A stretch of 64,000 nucleotides of DNA, taken from contig BCGN01000012.1 of NCBI GenBank assembly GCA_001599295.1, positions 1-64,000 on the forward strand, read 5' to 3'. The notes below the pieces were generated by a model. That model was not told the origin of the DNA, searched no databases, and saw nothing but the letters and a program-made list of their open reading frames with translations. A program made the position numbers and the translations under genes. Below, in pieces: positions 25,001 through 36,257 of this stretch. This DNA comes from Sporopachydermia quercuum (lineage: Eukaryota). Position 1 is the first letter of the stretch; each line of letters opens with the position of its first letter.

Positions 25001-25646
25001 GCCCGCCTTCTTGGACAGTGCCCTGCTCAAAGAGCAACTCCATAAATCATTACAATTCATACGGTGACCTACTTCTTTATTATTACANCTGCGCTCAAGT
25101 CTTTGGTCTTTATTTGTCTATTCAATCTATCTACCAATGTTCTACTCGTTAGAACACATTATTCATATGACTAGTACAGCAATTATATTGTCTATTCATA
25201 TATTTCCAAATATTTAAAAGCATAGCATAAACAAAAAAAAAGGGTATNTAGCATCTCTGAGATCACAGAGGATCTAATCATAGCTAAAAGCTCTGCTTCA
25301 CAGTCATCGGATCAGTACATTNAAATCCGTTGTCATAAGTGTAGAATTATATTGTCTATTGTTTCCTCAAGCGATATCAACTGGATTTCAAGGTTTGCTT
25401 TCTCATTGGCATTGTTTTAATCATACAACTGACTTGTTCACCTGTTTGATAAACAAGCACCACTTTACTCCTCATAAACGGTGTTGATCATACACCATGG
25501 TAAAGAATTGAAAAGAAACGGTTACGAATCTCAAATAAAACTAAAGATTCAATCTTTCAGATCATCTGGAAACAACGTCATAGTCATTATTAATTGATCC
25601 ATAATTACATAATTACCTTCATTCACATTTATAACTACAGTCTATT

Positions 25647-27812
25647 ATGCGTTTATTCATATGGTCATTAATAATTACTTTGCTACTGATTCTCAAATCA
25701 GCTATAGCAGATAGAATACTGGAAACAACATCACTATTAACATGCATGGAAAAGTCTCAACTCACAGCTCAACATTTCAGAGCAAGGATTTATTCTAGTG
25801 AGAAAAGAATCGAATTCAATATATCTGCAATCTCAACTCTTTCAGGTAATTTAACTGCGAAGGTCACTGTCATTGCTTATGGAATCGATGCTGTAGAAGA
25901 GGAAGTTGATTTGTGCAGTCTGAACCTTGATCAGGTTTGTCCAATGTCATCTGGTCATGTTGATTTGTCGTATTCTTACACACTTCCTGATGACATTATA
26001 GATAAAATTCCAGGCGTTGCATATACAGTTCCTGATCTTGATGGTGTGGTTAAATTGGTTATTACTCCTACTGATAATACAACACTACCTGTTGCTTGTG
26101 TGCAGGCAAGTTTAAGTAATGGGAAAACAGTTCAAACAAAAATCGTGGGTTGGATTGTTGCTGCAATTTCTGGCATTGGATTAATCACTGCCGGCGTTGT
26201 TTCTGTCATTGGCCATTCAAACACTGCAGCGCATATTGCTGCAAATTCTGTCTCTTTGTTTGTTTACTTCCAATCATTAGCTATCATTGGTATGATTTCC
26301 GTTGAAAGATTACCTCCAATTGCTGCTGCTTGGTCTCAAAATTTCCAGTGGTCTATGGGTATCATTCGAGTTGAATTTCTACAGAAAATTTATAACTGGT
26401 ATGTTCAATCTACTGGTGGTTCGTCTACCAATACTATTTACAATCAGGACTTGATTTCGATTTCTGTTCAGAAAAGAAGTCTGGATTTATCATCTGTTGA
26501 ATCTATATTCAATTATGCAAGAGATCGTTTGCCAATTGAAGCTGCAGCTAAATGGGTCTCTGCAGCTGCCCCATTATTGATGTCAAGGGATGATGATGAT
26601 ACATCTACTCATCTCACCACTCAGTATACTACTAATGAAAAGAGCGATGAATTAGGATCCAAGATTCTTGTGCTTAGGGGTATTCAAAGAGTTGCCTTCT
26701 TAGCTGATATTGAAATCACCAACTTATTTTTAACAGCAGTTGGAACGACATTAATTTTCACAGCATTTGTTATTATATGCTTGTTCATATTTAAATGGAT
26801 TATTGAGAGCTGTGTAGCTCTTGGCTGGATCAAATCCGATAGATTTGAAGAGTATCGAAAAGATTGGATGTCTATTACTAAAGGTACGCTTTATAGAATC
26901 TCATTAGTTGCGTTTGCGCAATTGTCAGTAATGTGTTTATGGGAATTGGTCGAAAGAGATTCGCCTGCTGTTGTTGTTGTTGCTATCTTTGTTTATGTAA
27001 TCAATGTATTATTACTTTGCTGGGCTTCTTATCGGCTTATCTCCTTAGGAAGGTACTCAGTCAGAGAATACAATAACCCAGCTTATGTTTTATACTCACA
27101 ATCATCAGTTCTGAACAGACTGGGCTTCCTATATGTTCAATTCAGTGCTCAAGCTTATTACTTTATTGTTATCTATTTAGCCTATGTCTTCTCTCGGTCA
27201 TGTTTTATTGCATTTGGACAGCAGCAAGGAAGGATGACAGCATTGGCTGTTTTCCTTATTGAGTTGGTTTATTTTGGTATTCTTGTTTGGAGAAAGCCTT
27301 ACATGGACAGAAGAACCAATGTGTTCAATATTCTTATATCTGTTGTCAATTTGATGAATTCGATATTCTATCTTTTCTTTTCTGGACTTTTCCCTGTACC
27401 AGACTATGTTGGTAGTATAATGGGAGTTGTGCTGTTTGTTCTAAATGCAGTGTTTGCAGCAGGTATGCTTATATTCACTATTGTTACCTGNGTGTTAGCT
27501 TTAGTCTATAAGAACCCTGATACAAGATATAAGCCTATGAAAGATGACCGTGTTTCCTTTATTCCCCAGACGAAGGCTGATGGTCAAGATGGCGATAAAG
27601 AGTTACAGGAGTTAGCTGCTCAAGTTGCTACAGGGCATGAATCATCTATCTATGATGATCTTGAAGGTGATCCATTCGATGGTAGATTCCCGGTATCAAA
27701 TATACCTTATACAGGTGTACCAAATGAGGCCGATGATGATGGTTCTTCATCTACATTGCATGCACCTGAGCAAATTCAGCCCAGACCTTATGTTGGCTAT
27801 AGACCATCGTAA
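25647..27812 (+). CDS. FLC/TRP-like (Pkd2 family) flavin carrier / ER channel protein
   Basis: Signal peptide, Cys-containing ML-like domain (SLLTCME, AYTVPDLD, ACVQASLSNGKT), PPIAAAWSQNFQWSMGII and multiple TM helices. FLC1/2/3 paralogue not resolved. Confidence 0.92.
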   Translation: MRLFIWSLIITLLLILKSAIADRILETTSLLTCMEKSQLTAQHFRARIYSSEKRIEFNISAISTLSGNLTAKVTVIAYGIDAVEEEVDLCSLNLDQVCPMSSGHVDLSYSYTLPDDIIDKIPGVAYTVPDLDGVVKLVITPTDNTTLPVACVQASLSNGKTVQTKIVGWIVAAISGIGLITAGVVSVIGHSNTAAHIAANSVSLFVYFQSLAIIGMISVERLPPIAAAWSQNFQWSMGIIRVEFLQKIYNWYVQSTGGSSTNTIYNQDLISISVQKRSLDLSSVESIFNYARDRLPIEAAAKWVSAAAPLLMSRDDDDTSTHLTTQYTTNEKSDELGSKILVLRGIQRVAFLADIEITNLFLTAVGTTLIFTAFVIICLFIFKWIIESCVALGWIKSDRFEEYRKDWMSITKGTLYRISLVAFAQLSVMCLWELVERDSPAVVVVAIFVYVINVLLLCWASYRLISLGRYSVREYNNPAYVLYSQSSVLNRLGFLYVQFSAQAYYFIVIYLAYVFSRSCFIAFGQQQGRMTALAVFLIELVYFGILVWRKPYMDRRTNVFNILISVVNLMNSIFYLFFSGLFPVPDYVGSIMGVVLFVLNAVFAAGMLIFTIVTXVLALVYKNPDTRYKPMKDDRVSFIPQTKADGQDGDKELQELAAQVATGHESSIYDDLEGDPFDGRFPVSNIPYTGVPNEADDDGSSSTLHAPEQIQPRPYVGYRPS

Positions 27813-28335
27813 TGACTTTGTGTGCTTTCATGGGGTAAAAACTACTGTTAGACTAGTTGCATGTTAACGATTGTCCTACTACTGGCTTGGTTAACTGTCA
27901 TTCTACTTTCATGAGACCGTTTGTATTATATATTGTTTTTCTTCCCACTTATCCTCAAATTTTCTATATGGAGTTTTAGTTGGTATGGTATCTCCGAATT
28001 AACTAGTAGATGGAGTTGATAACTCCTTGAGAGAACTCTTTGTAGAATCCACAATGAAGTTCAGTTGTATGAATTGTTGATGGTGCTACTGATAACGTAT
28101 AAGAAAATCANAGTAGATGGATCAATCATGCCAATATACGTATCATTTGAAACGAAAAATTGAGAAGTGCATGATATAAATGTGGTAAGGTGAATACTAA
28201 TCCGAGAAATTATACCGACTTTTATTTGTGCTTGCAAGAAAGAAGAAAATGAGATGCAGAAAAAAATTCAATAGATCAATGGATAAATAAGTTAAGAGTT
28301 ATCGAAAAAGTAAAGGCCAATTGGTAAAAAAGAAC

Positions 28336-28409
28336 CGACCCCGGAGAGGATCGAACTCTCGATCTCACGATTAACAGTCGTGCGCCTTAACCAGCTTGGC
28401 CACGGAGTC
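28336..28409 (-). tRNA. tRNA-Asn (anticodon GUU), intronless
   Basis: The minus strand reads GACTCCGTGGCCAAGCTGGTTAAGGCGCACGACTGTTAATCGTGAGATCGAGAGTTCGATCCTCTCCGGGGTCG. It folds as a cloverleaf with anticodon loop CTGTTAA and TTCGA T-loop. A T6 Pol III terminator follows at 28331..28326. Confidence 0.97.
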
Positions 28410-28632
28410 ATCTGTTTAATGATACTGTCTGATCATACATCATTCAGTAAAATAAAATGAATTTTAAGAAAAATTGAAGAATTGTATTAGAATTCTTACT
28501 CTTTTTCCTTCTTCTCCTTCCTTTTCTTATTAATTAGAAAGAGAAGAATGAGAGTAAATAATCAGCGAAGTAAATAGTATATATATATAAAAGGTACAAA
28601 TAGAAATATAGATAGATGTGAAATGCCAATGT

Positions 28633-28948
28633 GTCACGTGAAAGGTCACGTGGTTTAGTAATAAGTAATGCATAGCTGGTTGTTACATTTAATCACGTCA
28701 TGTTTATCTATTATATGAGTCAAATTGGTTTTCCTAAATATTTTTCTTCTCTAAATTCTCTGAATTGCTTTCCGTTTATTAGGATCAAATTTACTTCTCT
28801 ACCATGTAAACACAACTAATTCTCACCCAAATTATTAAAACAAATGTTTCATATTCTCCCCCTTTCAGAAACGTATACATTAATTAATCTGGTAATGCAA
28901 AAACCTATAGTATAATAGGGTTCTGCATTCAGCTTAATTATCACGTGT
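28633..28948 (+). promoter_or_regulatory. Cbf1-type E-boxes and a Tbf1-like site in the RPP0 promoter
   Basis: GTCACGTG occurs twice within 28633..28652 and ATCACGTG at about 28940. TAGGGTT at about 28916 faces AACCTAT. Confidence 0.6.
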
Positions 28949-29281
28949 GTATTCGCAGGGCTTTGAATATTTGGGAAACTATTCTTTATGGAAATCTTCA
29001 CCCAATCTTAATGTGTACCAGAAATTGAAATTTTCTAACACACTCAAGAAGTAGCAAGGAACTCCTGACAAACTTCGAGCCTTAGCATTCAGATATTAGT
29101 CCTTTAAATGTATAGATCACGAAGTTATCATTGTAGATAGACACATAGACATATAAGATCAAATAAACCTTGATTTACGAAGGTCTGATAAATCAAAATC
29201 TTTGTATTTATCATTGACAAATAATAAATAGGGAGCCTTTAAACATCCTATCCTCATATTATTGTTATTATAAGAGTCGAA

Positions 29282-30220
29282 ATGGGAGGCACTCGTGAAA
29301 AGAAAGCTGAATACTTCACCAAGTTGAGAAGTCTTTTAGAAGACTATTCTTCTATTTTCATTGTTGGTGTTGACAATGTCTCATCCCAACAAATGCACGA
29401 AATTAGAAAGGCTTTGAGAGGTGAAGCTGTTGTTCTTATGGGTAAGAACACTATGGTCAGAAGAGCCTTGAGAGGATTTATTTCTGACCTTCCTGATTAT
29501 GAAAGAATCTTACCTTTCGTTAGAGGTAATGTTGGTTTCATTTTCACCAACGGCGACTTGAAGTCTGTCAGAGATGTCATTATTGCCAACAAGGTTGCTG
29601 CTCCTGCCAGAGCTGGTGCCGTTGCTCCTAAGGATGTCTGGATTCCTGCTGGTAACACCGGTATGGAACCTGGTAAAACCTCTTTCTTCCAGGCTTTAGG
29701 TGTCCCCACCAAGATTGCCAGAGGTACCATTGAAATCACTAATGATGTCAAGGTCGTCACTTCTGGTGAAAAGGTTGGTCCTTCCGAAGCTACCCTTCTT
29801 AACATGTTGAACATCTCTCCTTTCACTTACGGTATGGGTGTTTTACAAGTTTACGATCAAGGTCAAGTTTTCGAACCCTCCGTCCTTGATGTTACTGATG
29901 AAGAATTACTTTCCCATTTGAGCTCTGCTATTACTACCATTGCCTCCGTCTCTTTGGCTGCTGGTTATCCTACTATCCCATCTGTCGGACACTCCATTGT
30001 TAACTTCTACAAGAACATCTTGGCTGTTTCCATTGCTACCGACTACACTTTCGAAGGCTCTGAAGCTATCAAGGACAGATTGGCTAACCCTGAAGCTTAC
30101 GCTGCTGCTGCTCCTGTTGCCGATGCTGCTACTGGTGATTCCGCTGCTGCCGAAGAAGAAGCTCCCGCTGAAGAAGAAGAAGAATCCGATGAAGATATGG
30201 GATTCAGTATGTTTGACTAA
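29282..30220 (+). CDS. RPP0: 60S acidic ribosomal protein P0 (uL10)
   Basis: [11 protein letters not shown] start, [22 protein letters not shown], Ala-rich hinge, acidic tail and strong codon bias. Confidence 0.98.
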   Translation: MGGTREKKAEYFTKLRSLLEDYSSIFIVGVDNVSSQQMHEIRKALRGEAVVLMGKNTMVRRALRGFISDLPDYERILPFVRGNVGFIFTNGDLKSVRDVIIANKVAAPARAGAVAPKDVWIPAGNTGMEPGKTSFFQALGVPTKIARGTIEITNDVKVVTSGEKVGPSEATLLNMLNISPFTYGMGVLQVYDQGQVFEPSVLDVTDEELLSHLSSAITTIASVSLAAGYPTIPSVGHSIVNFYKNILAVSIATDYTFEGSEAIKDRLANPEAYAAAAPVADAATGDSAAAEEEAPAEEEEESDEDMGFSMFD

Positions 30221-30505
30221 GCAAGGTGTATTTAGTGTTTAACAATAAATATCCAGCTTCTTTCATATTCTGTTTATTTTGTATATTGTAGCAATTTCAA
30301 GGGTGTGAGAGTTTAGTTTATGCTGCTGATGATAAAACTAAATTAGTAAATCAGCTACATCATTTCGTATACGTAAGTAGATATTATTACACTATTTAAC
30401 AATGTGTTCTATTCATTTATATAGAACACAGTTTCGTTGATTCATGGATTGATTTAATGTTCGTTCCCGAGGAGAAAATCATCAACTAGCCATACTTAAT
30501 GGTAA

Positions 30506-32911
30506 TCAGATTCTGTCAAAGTCGTCCATATTCATTGCATCTCCAAGCAGAAAGTCTTCAGCATTATATGGATCATCGTTACTTAGATCGAAAGGTGAAT
30601 TAAGACCCANGTCTTCGTGCAGTAAGGAGGGTAATTGATCATCATTATTTATATCACTAATTACATCATCAGTGTTCAACCGCTTGTCTACTTCATCGTT
30701 TGCTCCTTCATCAGTAGCCCTTGGTTGTTCCTGTTCCTGTTCTTCATGTCGTTTTCTCTCCTTCTCTGCCAGTAGATCGATCTTCCTCTGTTTTCTTTCT
30801 TCCTCTTCCTTCTGAAGTTGTTCCTNTCTTAAGATTTCCAGTTTTCGGGCTTTCTCTTCTTCTTCCGCTAATAACCGTTGTTCCAATTCTTCTTTTTCCC
30901 TTAGGATTCTCAATGCTTCCTCTTCTTCTTTAAGTTTTCGTAGTCTTTCTGCCTCGATTGCCTCCATTATAACTGTCTTTCTTTCTTTCAAGATATTGGT
31001 AGCTCGTTCAACAGGATCTTCCTCACGTTTGTTGAAATCGTAAATAAACGGTCGATATCCCAATATTGTGCCTTCTGAAGTCTTACCCACGCACACATGT
31101 GATTTGACACTTTCTTTAGGTACTTCAACCAAGAAATTTGAACCATCTAAATCATTTGGTGTGACCCTCCTTCGTTTCTTAATACCGTTGACTGTCACAA
31201 CCGATGTCCTAACTCCTGATGGCGTATTAAGTTTACTGCTATTGCTATTGATGCCCCCATTGTTATTTTCGTATGGAGTAGCTGATTGATCGATACCAGA
31301 TAATCCCGCTTTGAAGCCGGCACCGGTAAGGTCCAGTGTACTGCTCTGCCCGTCTATTTCAACAAAAGTGGATTCTTTTAAACCGCTGACATCATCAAAA
31401 AATGCGTACCATGCTTGAGTTCTCAGTCTTCTAACATTATTGAGATAATTATTGAATTCAACGGTACCATGTTGTAATTCTCTTTCGTTGAGATCATCCT
31501 GTGACATGCTTTTCAGTAACTTGTACTTAAGCTTATGGGGAATGGCAGGCAACCCAGATATTGGATCGTACTCAATAGGTTTGTAGATATTGACATTTTC
31601 AAATAAAAGAGACTGCTCCTCGAAGTCTTCGGGGTCATTAGGAACAACTCTGTCAGTGTGGGAAACGATTGATTTATATTTGGGTCCAGGGCCATCAAAA
31701 TCAAACGCACCATGGATTCCAGCTCCAGCCATATATTCACTCACCGTCGATGAAGGCATGCCTAAAAACTGTGTAGAAGCTCCTGTACTTGGGGACGACA
31801 TGCTGCTACCATTTGAGCCTCTGTCCAGTTTATCGGACCTTGTATGACGATGGGAATATTCGAATCCTGCACTCTGACCTGAAAGATTATGTGATCCATG
31901 ACCAGCGACATGAGAAGAATGGGTGTTCTGCTGAACAGATGCNACAATATTAGCATTAAGTTGTGAATCTGGAATAGGGTTCTGAGAATGAACTGTGGGT
32001 AGAAACTTCTTCTCTGTGAAAACTGGTTCACCGTAGACAAAGCCTTGCTCACGAGCAACTTTTTCCCAGTAATCGTCAATAACTCCTCTACCGTTTAAGA
32101 CGACTTTTGATCCAAATAGTACATATACACTTCTTGCAGATAGAATCGCGATTTGTCTTGACCTAAAGGCGCTGGCTAGCAATCCTTCGCGGATTAGAAA
32201 TTGTTTTTCTTTCTCATTAGCTAGAAGTTTCAATAATGATCTATTCTTATGAAACAAAAGATAACTATCACGATACCCAACTTCTTTAGCACACTCTGTA
32301 GCCATCATGAAGAGTTTTGGTATACGTTTTATGGCACCATCAGAACTTTTTTTAATATTAAATCTTCCAGGCAAAGTAAACACATTGAATCTGTACCTTC
32401 TTCCCCCTCTTAAAAACCCTTCATCTGTCACTTTTTTCTCACCAGCTGGGTCGCGGTTTATTTGAACAAACTCGTCTCTGGTTTCGGTCAATTGGCCAGA
32501 AGTGAATGGTGGAATCTCCAGTATTTGAGGGCTCAATGCAAATCGTTTACTGGATGACGAATTCAGAAAACTAGCAGGATCTGGGCGATAAACCACTGGT
32601 TCAGTTGGGTACTCGATTTCTTCATTTTCCACCGATTCTTCGTTTTTGGAAGATTTTACTTTGGTTTCCGATAATTCTATCTGCTTCCTCCGATTATTGT
32701 CTGGTGCAATTGGGGAGTTCCTTTTCACGGACTCGAAATCTGCTTCGCCGAGTGGAACAGCACTTTCTTCTTTCACCTTTGGATCGTTCTCTATGTGTAA
32801 GNCATTCTCTGCTGACTGGGCATTTACAGACTGATTTTCATATTTAGTACCAGTCTTTGGTGATGTGGACACCCCTGTGATGGGGTCTACTATTGCTCTC
32901 ATATTGACCAT
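30506..32911 (-). CDS. Rsc7/Swp82 (Npl6) family chromatin-remodelling subunit
   Basis: Family core DPAGEKKV...GFLRGGRRY...FTLPGR...MATECAK.VGYRDSYLLF.KNRSL...ARSVYVLFG...DDYWE, then a long low-complexity region and a Glu/Lys/Arg coiled-coil tail. NPL6 versus SWP82 not resolved. Confidence 0.85.
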   Translation of the reverse strand: MVNMRAIVDPITGVSTSPKTGTKYENQSVNAQSAENXLHIENDPKVKEESAVPLGEADFESVKRNSPIAPDNNRRKQIELSETKVKSSKNEESVENEEIEYPTEPVVYRPDPASFLNSSSSKRFALSPQILEIPPFTSGQLTETRDEFVQINRDPAGEKKVTDEGFLRGGRRYRFNVFTLPGRFNIKKSSDGAIKRIPKLFMMATECAKEVGYRDSYLLFHKNRSLLKLLANEKEKQFLIREGLLASAFRSRQIAILSARSVYVLFGSKVVLNGRGVIDDYWEKVAREQGFVYGEPVFTEKKFLPTVHSQNPIPDSQLNANIXASVQQNTHSSHVAGHGSHNLSGQSAGFEYSHRHTRSDKLDRGSNGSSMSSPSTGASTQFLGMPSSTVSEYMAGAGIHGAFDFDGPGPKYKSIVSHTDRVVPNDPEDFEEQSLLFENVNIYKPIEYDPISGLPAIPHKLKYKLLKSMSQDDLNERELQHGTVEFNNYLNNVRRLRTQAWYAFFDDVSGLKESTFVEIDGQSSTLDLTGAGFKAGLSGIDQSATPYENNNGGINSNSSKLNTPSGVRTSVVTVNGIKKRRRVTPNDLDGSNFLVEVPKESVKSHVCVGKTSEGTILGYRPFIYDFNKREEDPVERATNILKERKTVIMEAIEAERLRKLKEEEEALRILREKEELEQRLLAEEEEKARKLEILRXEQLQKEEEERKQRKIDLLAEKERKRHEEQEQEQPRATDEGANDEVDKRLNTDDVISDINNDDQLPSLLHEDXGLNSPFDLSNDDPYNAEDFLLGDAMNMDDFDRI

Positions 32912-34325
32912 TTAGTGCAACAGAATGGCATTCGTGAATGGTGNCACTAAGATCGCAATTACTCTCATACAACCTAATCAGGTAATTTCCGGTGGGAGAG
33001 CTCTAAGATTTATTCGACTCTGAAGTTGATTCCTGTTTCTTGTTGAAATAATCAATCAAACACGATGTATCGATAGAGTAAATCTGTGTATATACTATAA
33101 TAATGTTACGTTCATAGTGGATTTCAGTATGATCGGGTGGGTAATACTTGATAATGTAGAGGGGGGTTATTCAGGCAATTACAGACTAATTTTGTATTAC
33201 GTGATCTGAAGTAGATTAGTCATCTGACCATTGCTCTTTCCATGAAAAATGCAACAACGATCACCATAGCGAAATATTTTTTGCAATTGAAATCATCATN
33301 AGCTGTATTTCTTATAATGATGTAACTCAAAGTAATTGAAAGTAACTGGAACCTATTCATCATTAATGTTATGAAGAATATCTTAACTCTCAGTCTCCTA
33401 AGGGCTGATCAGGCTTTCTTGATATTTCAATTGAGTTATAGTTCATGCACTTTGCTTATTAGGTTTCGAAACCTCGTACACGAGTTCTGATGAAAGAATC
33501 TAACTGCCTACTAAAACTTGTAGAACAAATCTCAATTTGNCAGATCGAACTTATCATACTTAATGTAAAAATATTATGTGATAATATAGTGCTANAAAAA
33601 GCACTTGCAGTTTATNGTATTGGAATCCAAATCAAGAATAAACATTNTTTATGCATCCCGAGGTAACGTTTAGATTCAAGCATCATAAATGTCTCCAACA
33701 ATCTCAAAATGAAAATATCTTCGTATTTTGTGTAATCTCTGAAACAAATGTCCGTAAGCATTTCAACGCAACGATTCAAGCATTTCCATCCAAAACTTGT
33801 CATCATATGCTAATGACTGATTAAGTTTATTCCACCAATTTTGTAATTCGTAAAAGTTAAGTTACGAGCAACATAACGTGACTATTAAGTGGATTAAGTC
33901 TATTGTATAATGTCGTGCATTATATTATGTGTAGTATCGTTGATAGGGATCATATAGGAAAGACATACTTTTCTAATTGATTTGGACATGGTCATCCTTC
34001 AGATCACAAGTGACAGGTCCTTTTTTCCAACTATTATGTTGAACTAAAAGTTAACGTTTAGTTAATTGATGTGAATGATATTCCAGTACAGTAGAAGCAT
34101 AAAGAATGGAAGAAAAGACATCTGATAATTTTGGCTTCTAATAGTTTCCATTGTTCTTAATAACTCTATATACATTATTGGGGAGTGAATGATGCAATAT
34201 AAGCAAAAGCCCGTTTCATTACCTTGACATTCTAATTCATGTGAATATNCCTTTGTTCTTTAAATTTTCCTATACATGTGACTTAGATATTTCCAGTTCA
34301 TAATAGAACAGTTTGTACCAGAAAG

Positions 34326-34355
34326 GTTGTGAAATAAGCTAGCTTATTTCACAAC
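34326..34355. repeat. Perfect 30-bp palindrome
   Basis: GTTGTGAAATAAGCT followed directly by its reverse complement AGCTTATTTCACAAC. Confidence 0.95.
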
Positions 34356-36257
34356 TAAGACTAAATAATTTTCTTGGATAGGAAACAGAACCATCGAAGC
34401 TAACCTTTACGTTCTACGTTCTACAAAAATTACACGAAGGCAAGATCTATTATTTCCCTGATTTTTACCTTTTTGGTACCGTCAAAACTGTTAGATTAAA
34501 GAGAACATGAATCAACCTGATGAGGCTGTACTTTGGGTGTGATTTATAACGTTTGATTCCTTTTGNCCTGCCGAATGTGTCAGGATTATTCTTTTATTCT
34601 ATGTGGCAGTTAGATAGATGCTTTACAATTTTTTAATACTTATTGGAAATGGTTACATTCACTTAGGTGAAAGGCATGACTCAGTAGAAATTCTACTCTT
34701 TTCAACTGATCATTATGCCATAATGATAGGAATATAGAATTACATTGATGTTACTTAATCTCAGCAAGGCTACGCTCAACTGAAGAGGCATACATAGATT
34801 TCCTATCAGATAGAAATACATGTGATCGCTTTTGTTGTAGTTCCGAACTGAATCACATTCATGCAAGTTCTACTTATTGACAAACCCCTCAACGATTAAT
34901 TCGACGTGCCTCAAAGAACCTAACTGGCTCTAGTTTGAATCAAGTATGAAGGTTATTTGAATTTGAACTAAAGCTTAAATGACTAAACTTCACCTTNTTT
35001 TCTGAATTGGGAATGAAGCTCATTTTTTAGTTTGTATTTCCGAGTGATCGACCATCTTGGTTTCGTCGTTTAACTTTATAAAAGCAACTGTAAAGTTTGG
35101 GACTACTCTCATGTATCCAATAGTTTCCACTAGAAGCAAGTAAAGTTGTGGTGATTTCACGTAAAATACCTACAATTAGAAACTGCTTGTTACAGTTCTT
35201 GAAAGTTAAACCAAAGTATGAATCTTACTCTGGTATAAATTCGACAAAATACTCCTTCATGGTGATATTAATATTNGCATACTATAGTTTGATTTTCAAT
35301 TTTCAATTTCAATTTCATTATTATTCTATATTCTAATGATTTATATTTTATATAATAATAAAAAAAATTCATATTATTTATACAATTTATAATACAGAAT
35401 CTGAAAATTTTAAACAGATATTATTAGATATTGTCAGATCCATCAAGTTTTGAGTAGAGTGAACGATCTTCATCTCGAACTATTAGTTTTGTTTATTTAA
35501 GTGCAAAACTTTCATTATCTGAATAAATCAACATTTGTTTTTCCCTAGTATTGTAAACCTTAATAAAACTCTAATTTGACTGGCTAAATAATAATCGTCT
35601 TTCAACTTCAAACAGATTAGGGAGTACTTTGAACTAATTACTATTCAGTATACAAATCTCTCAACGCTAACAACTTACGGCGTCCATCTCTTGGCAATTT
35701 CCACTTACATTACGAAATAGATTTCACTTGATAGTGTCCGATCTAATTCCACTGAAAATATCATCTATATGGTATACTCATCTGTGCGTATCACAACGTC
35801 TTAAAAACGAGATCTAGATCTATCCTTCATATATGGAGTCTTGTAGTTGTGAAAAGTTATCTGTATAAATTATTAAACACTTAGTATACAGTTGAAAGAA
35901 ATAGTTATAGATCGATCGCAAGAAGCCATATTTTATTCGCTTCAGTTCTCTTGGGACATATCTCACGAGTCATTACTTGAAACATTTGTGCATTGACATT
36001 ATTATTGCCATTGGTTCAAGAAAGCAAATGTATCTTCTCGAGTCAGTGCTGTATCAAATCAAATAGACACTTTAGCTGAGTTCAGGAGAAAAGCTGCGTT
36101 TCGTATATATATATTTTATTATTAATAAGACAACTTTATAGTATAAATTAACTATTAGTTGTGGAAACTGAATAGTTAGCGCTGTGAAATTTCAAACCTT
36201 GCTGTTCATTTGAAGAATCCTCTAAATTACTTGAAGATGTGAGAGCCTGTGCTCGCT

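Noticed and set aside
28633..28800. Point centromere (CDEI followed by AT-rich DNA)
   Set aside because: No CDEII-like tract or properly spaced CDEIII. Better explained as Cbf1 sites of the RPP0 promoter.
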